A stretch of 64,000 nt of DNA, taken from the NCBI GenBank assembly GCA_027491915.1, contig JAOZGC010000001.1:131839-195838 (forward strand), given 5' to 3'. The notes under the pieces were generated by a model. It ran no database searches. It was not told the DNA's origin and saw only the letters and a program-made list of their open reading frames with translations. Source of the stretch: Thermoproteota archaeon (GTDB lineage Archaea; Korarchaeota; Korarchaeia; Korarchaeales; Korarchaeaceae). Position numbers and translations under genes: made by a program. The number at the start of each line of letters is the position of its first letter. The stretch's first letter is position 1. This document shows, one piece after another, positions 53,949-63,044 of this stretch.

Positions 53949-55385
53949 ATGGCGGCGGCGTTCGTCGACAGGGAGGGGGAGCTGGCCTCCCTGGAGGGCA
54001 GGTACGGATCGGGGAGGCTCGAGTTCGTCGTGGTGTACGGCAGGAGGAGGGTGGGAAAGACGGCCCTCATCCTTAAGTTCATGGAGGGGAAGCCCGGGGT
54101 CTACCTGCTGGCCAGGCAGACCAGCGAGGCGGAGAACCTGGCCAGGTTCTCCCTCAGGATGGCCGAGGCGCTGGGAGACCGGGTCCTGGCCAAGAATCCC
54201 CTGAGGAGCTGGGACGCCTTCTTCTCCTACCTGTCCAGGTTGGACGGCAGGAGGGCCGTGATCGCCCTGGACGAGTTCCAGTACCTGGTGGAGGCGAATC
54301 CCTCGCTCCCCTCCGTGATGCAGGAGTACCTGGATGGGGAGCTGGCTGAGACGGACCTCTTCCTGATAGCGTGCGGGTCGAGCGTCGGCATGATGGAGAG
54401 GATCTCCGGGTACGGCTCCCCCCTATACGGGAGGAGGACGGGCCAGATCCTCCTCAGGCCGCTCAGGTTCCACCAGATCGGGGGTTTCTTCCCCCGGTAC
54501 CGGTGGGATGACCTGGTGAGGGTATACGGGATCTTGGGCGGGACCCCGGCCTACCTCAGGGAGTTCTCCGATGGCCTGTCTCCCCTGGGCAACCTGAGGG
54601 AGAGGTACCTGAGGCCCGACTCCCTCCTCTACATGGACGCCCCCTTCATCCTGAGGGAGGAGCTCCCCGACCCGAGGAACTACTTCGCCATAATGGAGGC
54701 GGTGGCCCGGGGGAGGACCACCCTGGGGGAGATAATCTCCGACACGGGGCTCCCCAGGGGAACCGTGGGAAAGTACCTGTCCGTCCTGAGGGACCTCGGC
54801 CTGGTCAGGAGGGAGGTCCCGGTGACCGAGAGCTGGAAGAGCAGGAGGGGGAGGTACCGCCTGAGCGACCCCTACCTCTCCTTCTGGTTCAGGTTCGTCC
54901 ACCCCAACTCCGACCTGATAGAGGCCGGGAGGATCGACCCCGTGCTGGAGGAGGTGAGAGCCGAGCTGGACTCGTACCTGGGGCCCATCTTCGAGGAGGT
55001 GGCGAGGGAGGCGGTGCTGGAGGCCTGCCGAGATCTCGGCCTCTCCCCCTCCAGGGTCGGGAGGTGGTGGGGGAAGAGGGGGGAGGAGGTGGACCTGGTA
55101 GTCTTGGACCGGCGCGGGAGGGTCGCCCTCCTCGTCGAGGTCAAGTGGGCGGACCTGAGTGGGAAGGAGGCGGCCGGGATCCTGAGGAACCTCAGGAGGA
55201 AGTCCGAGGGGCTGTTGGAGGGGTACAGGAAGCTCTACGGCCTGGTGGCCAGGAGGCTGGAGGCCGCGGTCCGGGGAGCCGACCTGACCCTCGACCTGGG
55301 CGACTTCGACCGAATCTGGGGGTCTAAGGGGGACCCGGCCGGGCGGGCTGACCGGTCGGTCGGGCGGCCGGACCGACTAGGTTAA
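53949..55385 (+). CDS. Archaeal ATPase (AAA/STAND-like, wHTH, DUF234 and PD-(D/E)xK-like C-terminus)
   Basis: FVDREGEL, YGRRRVGKT, IALDEFQY, GS, SPLYGRRT, GGTPAYL, DPYLSFWFRFV, EVDLV...EVKW. Confidence 0.92.
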   Translation: MAAAFVDREGELASLEGRYGSGRLEFVVVYGRRRVGKTALILKFMEGKPGVYLLARQTSEAENLARFSLRMAEALGDRVLAKNPLRSWDAFFSYLSRLDGRRAVIALDEFQYLVEANPSLPSVMQEYLDGELAETDLFLIACGSSVGMMERISGYGSPLYGRRTGQILLRPLRFHQIGGFFPRYRWDDLVRVYGILGGTPAYLREFSDGLSPLGNLRERYLRPDSLLYMDAPFILREELPDPRNYFAIMEAVARGRTTLGEIISDTGLPRGTVGKYLSVLRDLGLVRREVPVTESWKSRRGRYRLSDPYLSFWFRFVHPNSDLIEAGRIDPVLEEVRAELDSYLGPIFEEVAREAVLEACRDLGLSPSRVGRWWGKRGEEVDLVVLDRRGRVALLVEVKWADLSGKEAAGILRNLRRKSEGLLEGYRKLYGLVARRLEAAVRGADLTLDLGDFDRIWGSKGDPAGRADRSVGRPDRLG

Positions 55386-55410
55386 TTCTCTCCAACCCAT
55401 CCCCCGCCGG

Positions 55411-56277
55411 GTGGTCGACCTGGCCGAGACCCGCCGCCTGCTCCTGGAATTCCAGAGAGACGAGATAACCGAGAGGGAGGTGTACCTCAGGCTGGCCGAG
55501 ATCTCCCCGCCGGAGAACGCCGAGATCCTCAGGAGAATGGCCGAGGAGGAGCTGAGGCACTACGAGTTCTGGTCCGCCCACACTGGGGTGGAGGTGGGGC
55601 CCGACAGGCTGAGGGTCCTCCTCTACACCCTGGCCGCCAGGCTGCTGGGCCTGACCTTCGCCCTCAGGCTTATGGAGGGGAGGGAGTCGGGGGCCCAGAG
55701 GAACTACTCCAAGGTGGCCGGGGAGATACCCGGGGTCGAGGACGTGATGAGGGACGAGGAGAGGCACGAGGCCGAGCTCCTCGGCATGATAGAGGAGGAG
55801 AGGTTGAGGTACCTCGGATCGGTCGTTCTGGGTCTGAACGACGCTCTGGTGGAGCTCACCGGGGCGGTCGCCGGCCTCAGCACCACCCTGCGGGACACCA
55901 CCCTGGTGGCCGTGGCCGCCTCGGTGACGGGGTTCGCGGCCTCCCTCTCGATGGCCGCCTCGGAGTACCTGTCCCAGAGGTCGGAGGGGGCCGAGAGGCC
56001 GGGGAAGGCCGCGCTGTACACGGGCGCGGCTTACTTGATGACGGTCTCGGTGCTCGTGGCCCCCTTCTTCCTGACGGCCGACTACGCGCTCGCCCTGGCG
56101 CTCTCCCTGCTGGGCGGGCTGGCGGTCCTGGTGGCCTTCAACTTCTACTACTCGGTCGTCAGGGAGGTCCCATTCTGGGCCAGGTTCGCCGAGATGGCGG
56201 CCGTGAGCCTCGGGGTGGCAGCCCTCTCCCTCGCGGCCGGCTACGCCCTGAGGGAGGCGCTCGGCGTCGGGTTGTGA
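55411..56277 (+). CDS. Rubrerythrin-like domain fused to a VIT1/CCC1 transporter domain
   Basis: DE..E..Y..LA, EE.RH, DE.RH diiron motifs; LGLNDALVE, SMAASEYLS VIT motifs. Confidence 0.9.
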   Translation: MVDLAETRRLLLEFQRDEITEREVYLRLAEISPPENAEILRRMAEEELRHYEFWSAHTGVEVGPDRLRVLLYTLAARLLGLTFALRLMEGRESGAQRNYSKVAGEIPGVEDVMRDEERHEAELLGMIEEERLRYLGSVVLGLNDALVELTGAVAGLSTTLRDTTLVAVAASVTGFAASLSMAASEYLSQRSEGAERPGKAALYTGAAYLMTVSVLVAPFFLTADYALALALSLLGGLAVLVAFNFYYSVVREVPFWARFAEMAAVSLGVAALSLAAGYALREALGVGL

Positions 56278-57467
56278 TCGGGGCCGATCCCCCTCCCCCA
56301 GATCAGTGCGGCCAGGGCGGCGGCCGCCGGCACCACCGCCGCCGCCAGGAACGCCCCCGGGTAGCCCGACGCCCCGGCCGCCAGCCCGGCCGCCACCGGG
56401 CCGGAGGCGTGCCCCACGTCCTTTATAGACTCCAGGACACCGAGGCCGGATCCGACCTCCTCCTCGGGGACCGACTCGGACACCAGGGGTGAGGTGGAGG
56501 CCGTGGAGACGGCCATCCCCACCCCGTGCAGCGCGAGCCCGGCCGCCAGCCAGGCCGAACCCGCGGCGGAGCCCAGGACCCAGACCCCGAGGGACGCCGC
56601 GGCCAGCCCGAGCGCCACGAACCCCCACCTGCCGAGCCTGTCCGACGCGGCCCCGGCCAGGGGCTTGACGGCCGCCATGATCGCGATCTCTCCGCTCATG
56701 AGGGCCCCTGTCAACCACCGCTCCACCCCGAGGGAGTCGGCCAGGAGGGGGAAGAACGCCTCTATCGCCCCCATGCTGAAGTAGGCGGCCGCCTCTGCCG
56801 AGCTGGCCAGGACCACCGGGGCGCGCGTCAGGACCGACCGGACGCCCGCCAGGGCCCTCCTCGCCGGTTTCTTCATCTCCCCCGTTCTCTGCCCCCCACC
56901 CAGGTCCACCCGGGAGGCCAATATCAGGGCGGCGGCCCCGAAGGCGCCGCACGTCAGGTACACCAGCTGGAACGGCGCGAGGACCTGCAGTGAAACCAGG
57001 AGGCCCGCGGCGGCCGGGGCCAGGAGCCTGCCGACGAGGGTCGCCGAGGAGAAGGACCCCATCATCTTCCCCCTCTCCCAGGGGAAGGCGTCGGCCACGG
57101 CCGCCATGGAGACCGGCACGAATATGGCCGTGGCCGCCCCGTGGTACACCCTTATCGGGATCAGCTGCCACGGCTCCCGGGCGGCCAGGTAGAGAGGGGG
57201 GGCTGTGGCGAAAACGAGGCCCGAGGCGATCAGCATCCTCCTCCTGCCGTAGACGTCGGACATCCCCCCGGCCAGGGCGTTTACGACTATCCCTGTCACC
57301 GTGCTGGCCGCGGCTATGGTCCCCACCTCCAGGTCCCCGGCGCCCAGGTGGGAGGCGTACCAGGACAGGGTCGGGGACTTGGACATGGTGGAGCTGAATA
57401 TCGCGATGGCCCCCATTATGGAGAGCGCGGCGAAGCCCGTCAGCCTGGTCCCCCCTCCCATGGCCAT
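56241..57467 (-). CDS. MFS transporter
   Basis: G.MSDVYGRR and G.ASDRLGR motif A copies, about 12 TMs. Confidence 0.92.
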   Translation of the reverse strand: MAMGGGTRLTGFAALSIMGAIAIFSSTMSKSPTLSWYASHLGAGDLEVGTIAAASTVTGIVVNALAGGMSDVYGRRRMLIASGLVFATAPPLYLAAREPWQLIPIRVYHGAATAIFVPVSMAAVADAFPWERGKMMGSFSSATLVGRLLAPAAAGLLVSLQVLAPFQLVYLTCGAFGAAALILASRVDLGGGQRTGEMKKPARRALAGVRSVLTRAPVVLASSAEAAAYFSMGAIEAFFPLLADSLGVERWLTGALMSGEIAIMAAVKPLAGAASDRLGRWGFVALGLAAASLGVWVLGSAAGSAWLAAGLALHGVGMAVSTASTSPLVSESVPEEEVGSGLGVLESIKDVGHASGPVAAGLAAGASGYPGAFLAAAVVPAAAALAALIWGRGIGPDHNPTPSASLRA

Positions 57468-57663
57468 CCGGGAGCAGACGGCGGCGGGAGCCCAAAATCT
57501 TCGCGCCGCCGGTAGACCGGGGTCGCGGCGGCAGCGCGCTCCGGGCCGCCCACCGGCCGCCGGGACCCTCGGGTCAGCCGATCCAGGAGATCCCTCCTGT
57601 CAGGGGGATCCTGACCCCCGACCGGGCCCAAACCATAAAATACCGGGTGCGGTGGGTGCCCGG

Positions 57664-58260
57664 ATGCCGGCCTGTCTGCTGAGGTATCTCGGGATCATCG
57701 CCTCCTCCTTGAGGAGGTCCACCGGCAGATTCGTCTTGGGCTTCTCGTCGGCGGTCCTGATTCCCGCGGTGGTGTTGACGGCCGTCGGAGTCCTGATCTT
57801 CCGTTCCCCGCCCGTCGGCATTTCCGCGTCCGCCCTGGGCGTGGTCATATCCTTCTCGGGTCCCGACTCCCCCTCCCTGTTGATCGGGTGGCTGGACCTG
57901 GCCCTGCTCGCCGCGCTGGGCGCCGCCCTGGGTATCAGGTCCGCGGTGGGGGGACCCATCGGCGGGATCGGCCTGCCGACCGCCTCGGCCGGGGCGGTGT
58001 CCGCGGCCGCCGTGACCACCTGCTGCACGATAGCCCCGGCGCCGCTGGTGTCCTTCCTCGGGGCGGCCGCCGCGGCCGCCTCCTCCGCGGCCCTGGCCGC
58101 CGGGCTCAGGTGCCTCGGGGTCCTCTTATTGGCCGCCGCGGCCGCGTACTACCTCCGGGCGGCCGCCAGGTCCGTGGCGGCCGCGGCCGGGCCCGCGTGC
58201 TCCAGGCCCATCCTCTCTCCCCCCTCCGGACTGGACGGGCGGGGCCGACGCGCTTTTTAG
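57664..58260 (+). CDS. Hypothetical membrane protein with a CC motif
   Basis: Several TMs, TTCCT; CATAAAATA box upstream; ATG at 57664. Confidence 0.6.
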   Translation: MPACLLRYLGIIASSLRRSTGRFVLGFSSAVLIPAVVLTAVGVLIFRSPPVGISASALGVVISFSGPDSPSLLIGWLDLALLAALGAALGIRSAVGGPIGGIGLPTASAGAVSAAAVTTCCTIAPAPLVSFLGAAAAAASSAALAAGLRCLGVLLLAAAAAYYLRAAARSVAAAAGPACSRPILSPPSGLDGRGRRAF

Positions 58261-58283
58261 GCGCGCCCGCGCCCTCCCCGCGC

Positions 58284-58658
58284 ATGTCGGCCCTCATATA
58301 CGCCCTGTTCGAGGTCGTCAGGACGCTGGCCGAGGCCGGCGACGAGGTGAGGGGCGTAGCGCTCGGGGCCCTCAGGGCCGCCGAGGAGGCCTACATGGAA
58401 GAGGTCGGGCGAGACGGGGCGATCGATCGGAGCTTCCGGATCCTGGAAGACGCGTTCATCCGGGACCTCCCCTCCTCAGCCGAGGAGGCGCTGGTCTCCT
58501 ACGCCGTCGGGGAGCTGGCGGCCATGGAGGAGGACCTGGGCGTGGACCGGGATCGGGTGGCCGAGGCCCTAGTCTCCGCCCTGCCGGAGGATGGCGGCCT
58601 GAGGGACCTGGTCCTCTTCTTCGCGAGGGTCGGATCCGAGTTTAGGTCGAATTTTTGA
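58284..58658 (+). CDS. Hypothetical acidic helical protein
   Basis: ORF from ATG 58284 with host-like codon usage. Confidence 0.65.
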   Translation: MSALIYALFEVVRTLAEAGDEVRGVALGALRAAEEAYMEEVGRDGAIDRSFRILEDAFIRDLPSSAEEALVSYAVGELAAMEEDLGVDRDRVAEALVSALPEDGGLRDLVLFFARVGSEFRSNF

Positions 58659-58680
58659 CCTCCCGCCGGCGGGACCCGGG

Positions 58681-59886
58681 ATGCCGGACTACGATCTCGA
58701 CAGGGTCAGGGCCGACTTCCCCATACTGTCGGGCGGGGAGGTCATCTACCTGGACAACGCGGCCACCTCCCTCTCCCCCAGGCAGGTGGTGGACGCCCTG
58801 GCCGACTTCTACCTGAACGTCAGGGCCAACGTGCACCGGGGGCTCCACCGGCTGTCCGCCAGGTCCACCGAGATGTACTCGGAGGCCAGGAGGGAGGTGG
58901 CCGACTTCATAGGCGCCGACCCCGGGGAGCTCGTGTTCGTCAGGAACTCCACCGAGGCCCTGAACATGGTCGCCCGCGGGATGGGGCTCAGGAGGGGGGA
59001 CGCCGTGGTGGTGAGCGTCGCGGAGCACCACTCCAACCTCCTCCCCTGGATGAGGCTGAGGGACGAGGTCGGGGTCGAGCTCAGGGTGATCGGGGTCTCC
59101 CCCGAGGGGGAGTACGACCTGGACGCCCTGGCGGAGGCCGCCAGGGGGGCCAAGGTGATCAGCGTGGCCTGGGTCTCCAACGTCCTCGGCAGCGTGGCCC
59201 CGGTCGAGGAGATCGGCAGGATAGCGGCCGAGGAGGGGGCCGCCTTCGTGCTGGACGGGGCCCAGGGGGTGCCCCACCTCCCGACCGACGTCCGCAGGCT
59301 CGGGGTCGACTTCCTGGCCTTCTCGGCCCACAAGATGCTGGGCCCCACAGGCATAGGGGGCCTCTACATCAGGTCTGAGGCGATGGAGGAGCTGGCCCCC
59401 CTCAACCTGGGGGGAGGGATGATATCCGACGTGACCCTCGACGGGTACGTCCCCGCCCCTCCCCCGGAGAGGTTCGAGGCCGGCACCCCCCCGGTGGCCC
59501 AGGCCGTGGGGTTCGCGGCCGCCGTAAGGTACCTGAGATCCCTGGGCATGGAGGCCATCTCCTCCTGGGAGAGGGAGCTCGCGGCCCGGGCGGTCGAGGG
59601 GCTCTCCTCCATACCGGGGGTCAGGGTCTACGGCCCGCCGCCGGGCCGGGAGAGGTCCGGGGTCGTGAGCTTCAACGTGGACGGCGTGGACCCGCACGAC
59701 GTGGCGGCCATCCTAGACGAGGTGGCCGGGATAGCCGTCAGGTCTGGCCACCACTGCGCCCTGCCCCTGGTGAGGGGCGTCTTGGGCGTCCAGGGTACCG
59801 TGAGGGCCTCCTTCTACCTGTACAACACGGAGGAGGAGGTGGACAGGCTCGTGGAGGTGGTCGGGGAGGTGGCCGGCGGGGCATGA
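58681..59886 (+). CDS. sufS: Cysteine desulfurase, SufS/class II
   Basis: YLDNAATS, EHHSN, DGAQ, SAHKMLGPTG, RFEAGT, RSGHHCA, RASFYLYN. Confidence 0.95.
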   Translation: MPDYDLDRVRADFPILSGGEVIYLDNAATSLSPRQVVDALADFYLNVRANVHRGLHRLSARSTEMYSEARREVADFIGADPGELVFVRNSTEALNMVARGMGLRRGDAVVVSVAEHHSNLLPWMRLRDEVGVELRVIGVSPEGEYDLDALAEAARGAKVISVAWVSNVLGSVAPVEEIGRIAAEEGAAFVLDGAQGVPHLPTDVRRLGVDFLAFSAHKMLGPTGIGGLYIRSEAMEELAPLNLGGGMISDVTLDGYVPAPPPERFEAGTPPVAQAVGFAAAVRYLRSLGMEAISSWERELAARAVEGLSSIPGVRVYGPPPGRERSGVVSFNVDGVDPHDVAAILDEVAGIAVRSGHHCALPLVRGVLGVQGTVRASFYLYNTEEEVDRLVEVVGEVAGGA

Positions 59887-60827
59887 GCTGGGTCGGGCTG
59901 CCCGGATACGACTGCGGCGTCTGCGGGGCGCCCTCCTGCTCAACGGCGGCCAGGCTCATGGAGGCCGGGGAGCTGGGACACGACTCCTGCCCCTTCGCCG
60001 AGCCGGAGCCGAAGCCGGGATCCCCGTGGGTGGCCGAGCCCTCCCCCCCGTCCCTGAGGAGGCCCTGCCCCTCGGACAGGGCGCTCGTCCAGGCCGCGGT
60101 GACCCTGGCCGGGGAGGGCGCCAGGTACAGGCCCCTGGACGCCTCCCTGGCCGCGAGGCTGATGGCGGCCGCCGGCATGGCCGCCGCGCCGGCGCTGAGG
60201 GGGCAGCTCGCCTCGGCCAGGTGGGGAGGGGTGAGGGTGCAGGCCTTCGCCAGCGGCAGGCTGGGGGTCAGGCTCAGGGGGTCCGACGGGGAGGCCCTCT
60301 CGGCCCTGGCCAGGGTGGCCAGGGTGATCCTGCCGGCCGCGGCCTGTCAGCTCTGCGGCCTCCTGGAGGCCGAGGTGGCCGCCGGGTGCTCCGAGGAGAT
60401 ATGGAGGTCTCCCTGCCTGCCGGAGAACCTATCCTCGGCCCTCGGCCTGGCCGCGAGGGGGGCCGAGGTGGCGGAGGTCCTCGGGGGGGACTCCGGGCTG
60501 GCCGGGGCGGCCTCCTCCATGGCCTCCCTGCGGGAGGACGGGGTCGACCTCGCCCTCGTGGAGGGGGTGGACAGGCTCTCATCCGGGGATGCCGCCGGCC
60601 TCTGGCTGGTGGGGATCGCCCTGGAGGTTGAGAGGGCCCTGAAGAACGATCCCAGGCCCGCGGACGCGGAGATCCTGTCCGGCGTCCTCTCCAGGATCCC
60701 CGACCGGCTGCCAGACCCGGAACCCCTCCGCGGCCGCGCCTGGGAGAGGCTGTCCCGGGGGGACCGCTCGGCCCGGGCCGTTCTTTCCGCCGCAAACATA
60801 TCGGCCTCGATGCGGGTCCTGATATGA
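59883..60827 (+). CDS. Putative Fe-S cluster-binding protein
   Basis: LPGYDCGVCGAPSC...CPF N-terminal motif, further Cys (RPCP, CQLC..C..C); ATGA-coupled to sufS. Confidence 0.75.
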   Translation: MSWVGLPGYDCGVCGAPSCSTAARLMEAGELGHDSCPFAEPEPKPGSPWVAEPSPPSLRRPCPSDRALVQAAVTLAGEGARYRPLDASLAARLMAAAGMAAAPALRGQLASARWGGVRVQAFASGRLGVRLRGSDGEALSALARVARVILPAAACQLCGLLEAEVAAGCSEEIWRSPCLPENLSSALGLAARGAEVAEVLGGDSGLAGAASSMASLREDGVDLALVEGVDRLSSGDAAGLWLVGIALEVERALKNDPRPADAEILSGVLSRIPDRLPDPEPLRGRAWERLSRGDRSARAVLSAANISASMRVLI

Positions 60828-60854
60828 CCCTCCCGCCCCGCCCCCCGGCCGGGC

Positions 60855-63044
60855 CTAACCCCTCCGGACCCCCCTGGGAGACCTGAAGTAGTTGGTCTTC
60901 CCGCAGCCCGTGCACTCCACGTAGACGCCGTACCTCCCCTTCTTCGGGACGGCCGGCGCCCCGCAGGCGGCGCACCTGAGGGGGGTCCTCTCGCAGTTCC
61001 CCAGGCACCTTACGTACCTTAGGGTCTTGCCGGCTCTGGTCCTGACCGACCCGGAGACCAGTGGGAGGCCGCACCCGCACGTTCCGTCGGCGATCTTCTC
61101 CCCCGGCAGGAGGTTGTACTTCACGTCGCACTCCGGGTACCCCGTGCACGCGACGAACCAGCCGTACCTGCTCCTGAAGAGCCTCAGTTCCCTGCCGCAC
61201 TTGGGGCACCTCCCAACCACGTACTTGGACCTTCTGTACTCCCGGACGGCCCCGGAGAGCATCTCCGAGATCTCGGCCTCCCTCCTCTTGAACTTCTCCA
61301 TCGCGCCGGCCAGGGCGTCCAGGGTCTCGTTGAGGAACTCCCCGGGATCCAGCTCGCCCCTCTCTATCTTCCTCATGGCCTCGTCCAGCCTGGCCGTCAT
61401 CTCCGGGCTGACGATCTCCGGGACCTCCCTGGAGAGGACCTCGACCACCGCCTCCCCCAAGGGGGTCGGCCTGAAGCTCTCGCCCTCGACGTACCCTCTC
61501 TCCCTCAGCGTGTCCAGTATGGCGGCCCTGGTGTTCTTGGTCCCCAGGCCGAGCCTCTCCATGGCCCTTATCATCGAGGTGGGGGTGTACCTCTTCGGGG
61601 GCTGGGTCTCCTTCTCGACGACCTCCACGTCGACGAACCTGACGACCTCCCCGTCCCTCAGGTCGGGCAGGGTCACCTCCCTACCCCGGGCGTAGGGGTA
61701 GACCCTCCTCCACCCCTCCTCCACTATCACCCTCCCGGAGGCCCTGAACCTGTGCCCCCCGACGGACACCTCCACTCTAGTCTTCCTGTCCAGCCCGTCC
61801 GGGGCCAGGGCCGCCAGGCACCTCCTGGCCACTATCTCGTATATCCTCTCGTGCCTCCCGCTCCTGAATCCCTCCTCCCCGGGGGAGCCGACCACGTGGA
61901 TGCAAGGGTGGGCCGGATCCTCCTTCTTACCCTCGACGGCCCTCTCCCTCATGTTCGCCAGGACCCACCCGGCCTCTCGGGACAGCCTCTCCCAGGACCC
62001 TATGATCTCGACCATCCTGCGGAATTCGGCCGCCCCCCACCCTTTGGGCCACTTCTGGCTCTCGGTCCCTATGTAGCTTATCAGCCCCGCCTCGTAGAGC
62101 TGCTGGGCCACCCCCCTGGACCTGTCCGCTATCTCCCTGGGCTTCATCCCCGTTATCCGGCTCCCCTCAACCTGGAGGGTCGTCCCGTCGAAGGGAGGGG
62201 GCGGGGGCACCCTGACCTCCCTGCTGGAGACCCTCGCCTCGGCCTCCGCCCCGGAGACCTCCTCCCTGACCCTCTCGGCGAGATCCCTGTCCCATATCCT
62301 CCCCTCCCCCTTCGGAGGGAGGAGGACCGCGCTGAACCTCTCTCCCGATCCCGTCTCCAGCGTGGCGACGACCTCGTAGTACTTCCTGGGCACGAACTCC
62401 CTTATCTCCCTCTCCCTGTCCACTATCATCTTCAGCGCCGGCCCCTGGACCCTGCCGGAGCTGAGCACCCTGACGTAGGTTCCCCTCCTGGCCGCCAGGG
62501 TGAGCCCCCTGGTCACGTTGGCCCCCCACTCCAGGTCCAGGACCCTGCGGGCCCACCCGGCGTTGGCCCTCGGGTAGTCGAACGGCCTAAGCTCGGAGAA
62601 GGCCCTCCTGATCTCGGCCGGGGTCAGGGAGGAGAACTCCGCTCTGAGGATCTCCTTCTCCCCCTCCCACCCCAGGTGCCTCAATATCTCCATCCCTATG
62701 GCCGACCCCTCGGTGTCCAGGTCGGTGGCCACTATCACCCTGTCCGCGTTCCTCCCCAGCCTCTCTATCGCCCTGAGGAATGCCGACTTAGAGGGATTGG
62801 GCTTGAGCACGAGCCTCTCAGGGGGCTCTATGGCCGGATACGTCCACTCCGCGCCGTCGGGGAAGTCCAGCTCGAGCACGTGACCCGAGGCCGGGACCAC
62901 GACGTACCGGTCTCCCTCCCCGCCCTCGAACTCGTACGCCGTCACCCTGCCTACCTTTACCTCTCGAACTCCCCCGCCGCCGAGCGTCTTAGCTATCCTC
63001 CTGGCGACGCTCGGCTTCTCCGTGAGCACCAGGGTGGTGGTCAT
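60855..63044 (-). CDS. topA: Type IA DNA topoisomerase with C-terminal zinc ribbons
   Basis: TEKPS, GH, ATDLDTEG, SGRVQ, AQ.LYE.GLISY, AHP.IH, LGT..TR..I; three Cys4 ribbons. Confidence 0.93.
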   Translation of the reverse strand: MTTTLVLTEKPSVARRIAKTLGGGGVREVKVGRVTAYEFEGGEGDRYVVVPASGHVLELDFPDGAEWTYPAIEPPERLVLKPNPSKSAFLRAIERLGRNADRVIVATDLDTEGSAIGMEILRHLGWEGEKEILRAEFSSLTPAEIRRAFSELRPFDYPRANAGWARRVLDLEWGANVTRGLTLAARRGTYVRVLSSGRVQGPALKMIVDREREIREFVPRKYYEVVATLETGSGERFSAVLLPPKGEGRIWDRDLAERVREEVSGAEAEARVSSREVRVPPPPPFDGTTLQVEGSRITGMKPREIADRSRGVAQQLYEAGLISYIGTESQKWPKGWGAAEFRRMVEIIGSWERLSREAGWVLANMRERAVEGKKEDPAHPCIHVVGSPGEEGFRSGRHERIYEIVARRCLAALAPDGLDRKTRVEVSVGGHRFRASGRVIVEEGWRRVYPYARGREVTLPDLRDGEVVRFVDVEVVEKETQPPKRYTPTSMIRAMERLGLGTKNTRAAILDTLRERGYVEGESFRPTPLGEAVVEVLSREVPEIVSPEMTARLDEAMRKIERGELDPGEFLNETLDALAGAMEKFKRREAEISEMLSGAVREYRRSKYVVGRCPKCGRELRLFRSRYGWFVACTGYPECDVKYNLLPGEKIADGTCGCGLPLVSGSVRTRAGKTLRYVRCLGNCERTPLRCAACGAPAVPKKGRYGVYVECTGCGKTNYFRSPRGVRRG

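Noticed and set aside
57540-57625. Nested hairpin between the MFS and hypothetical genes
   Set aside because: No recognisable RNA family motif; GC-rich stems are expected by chance
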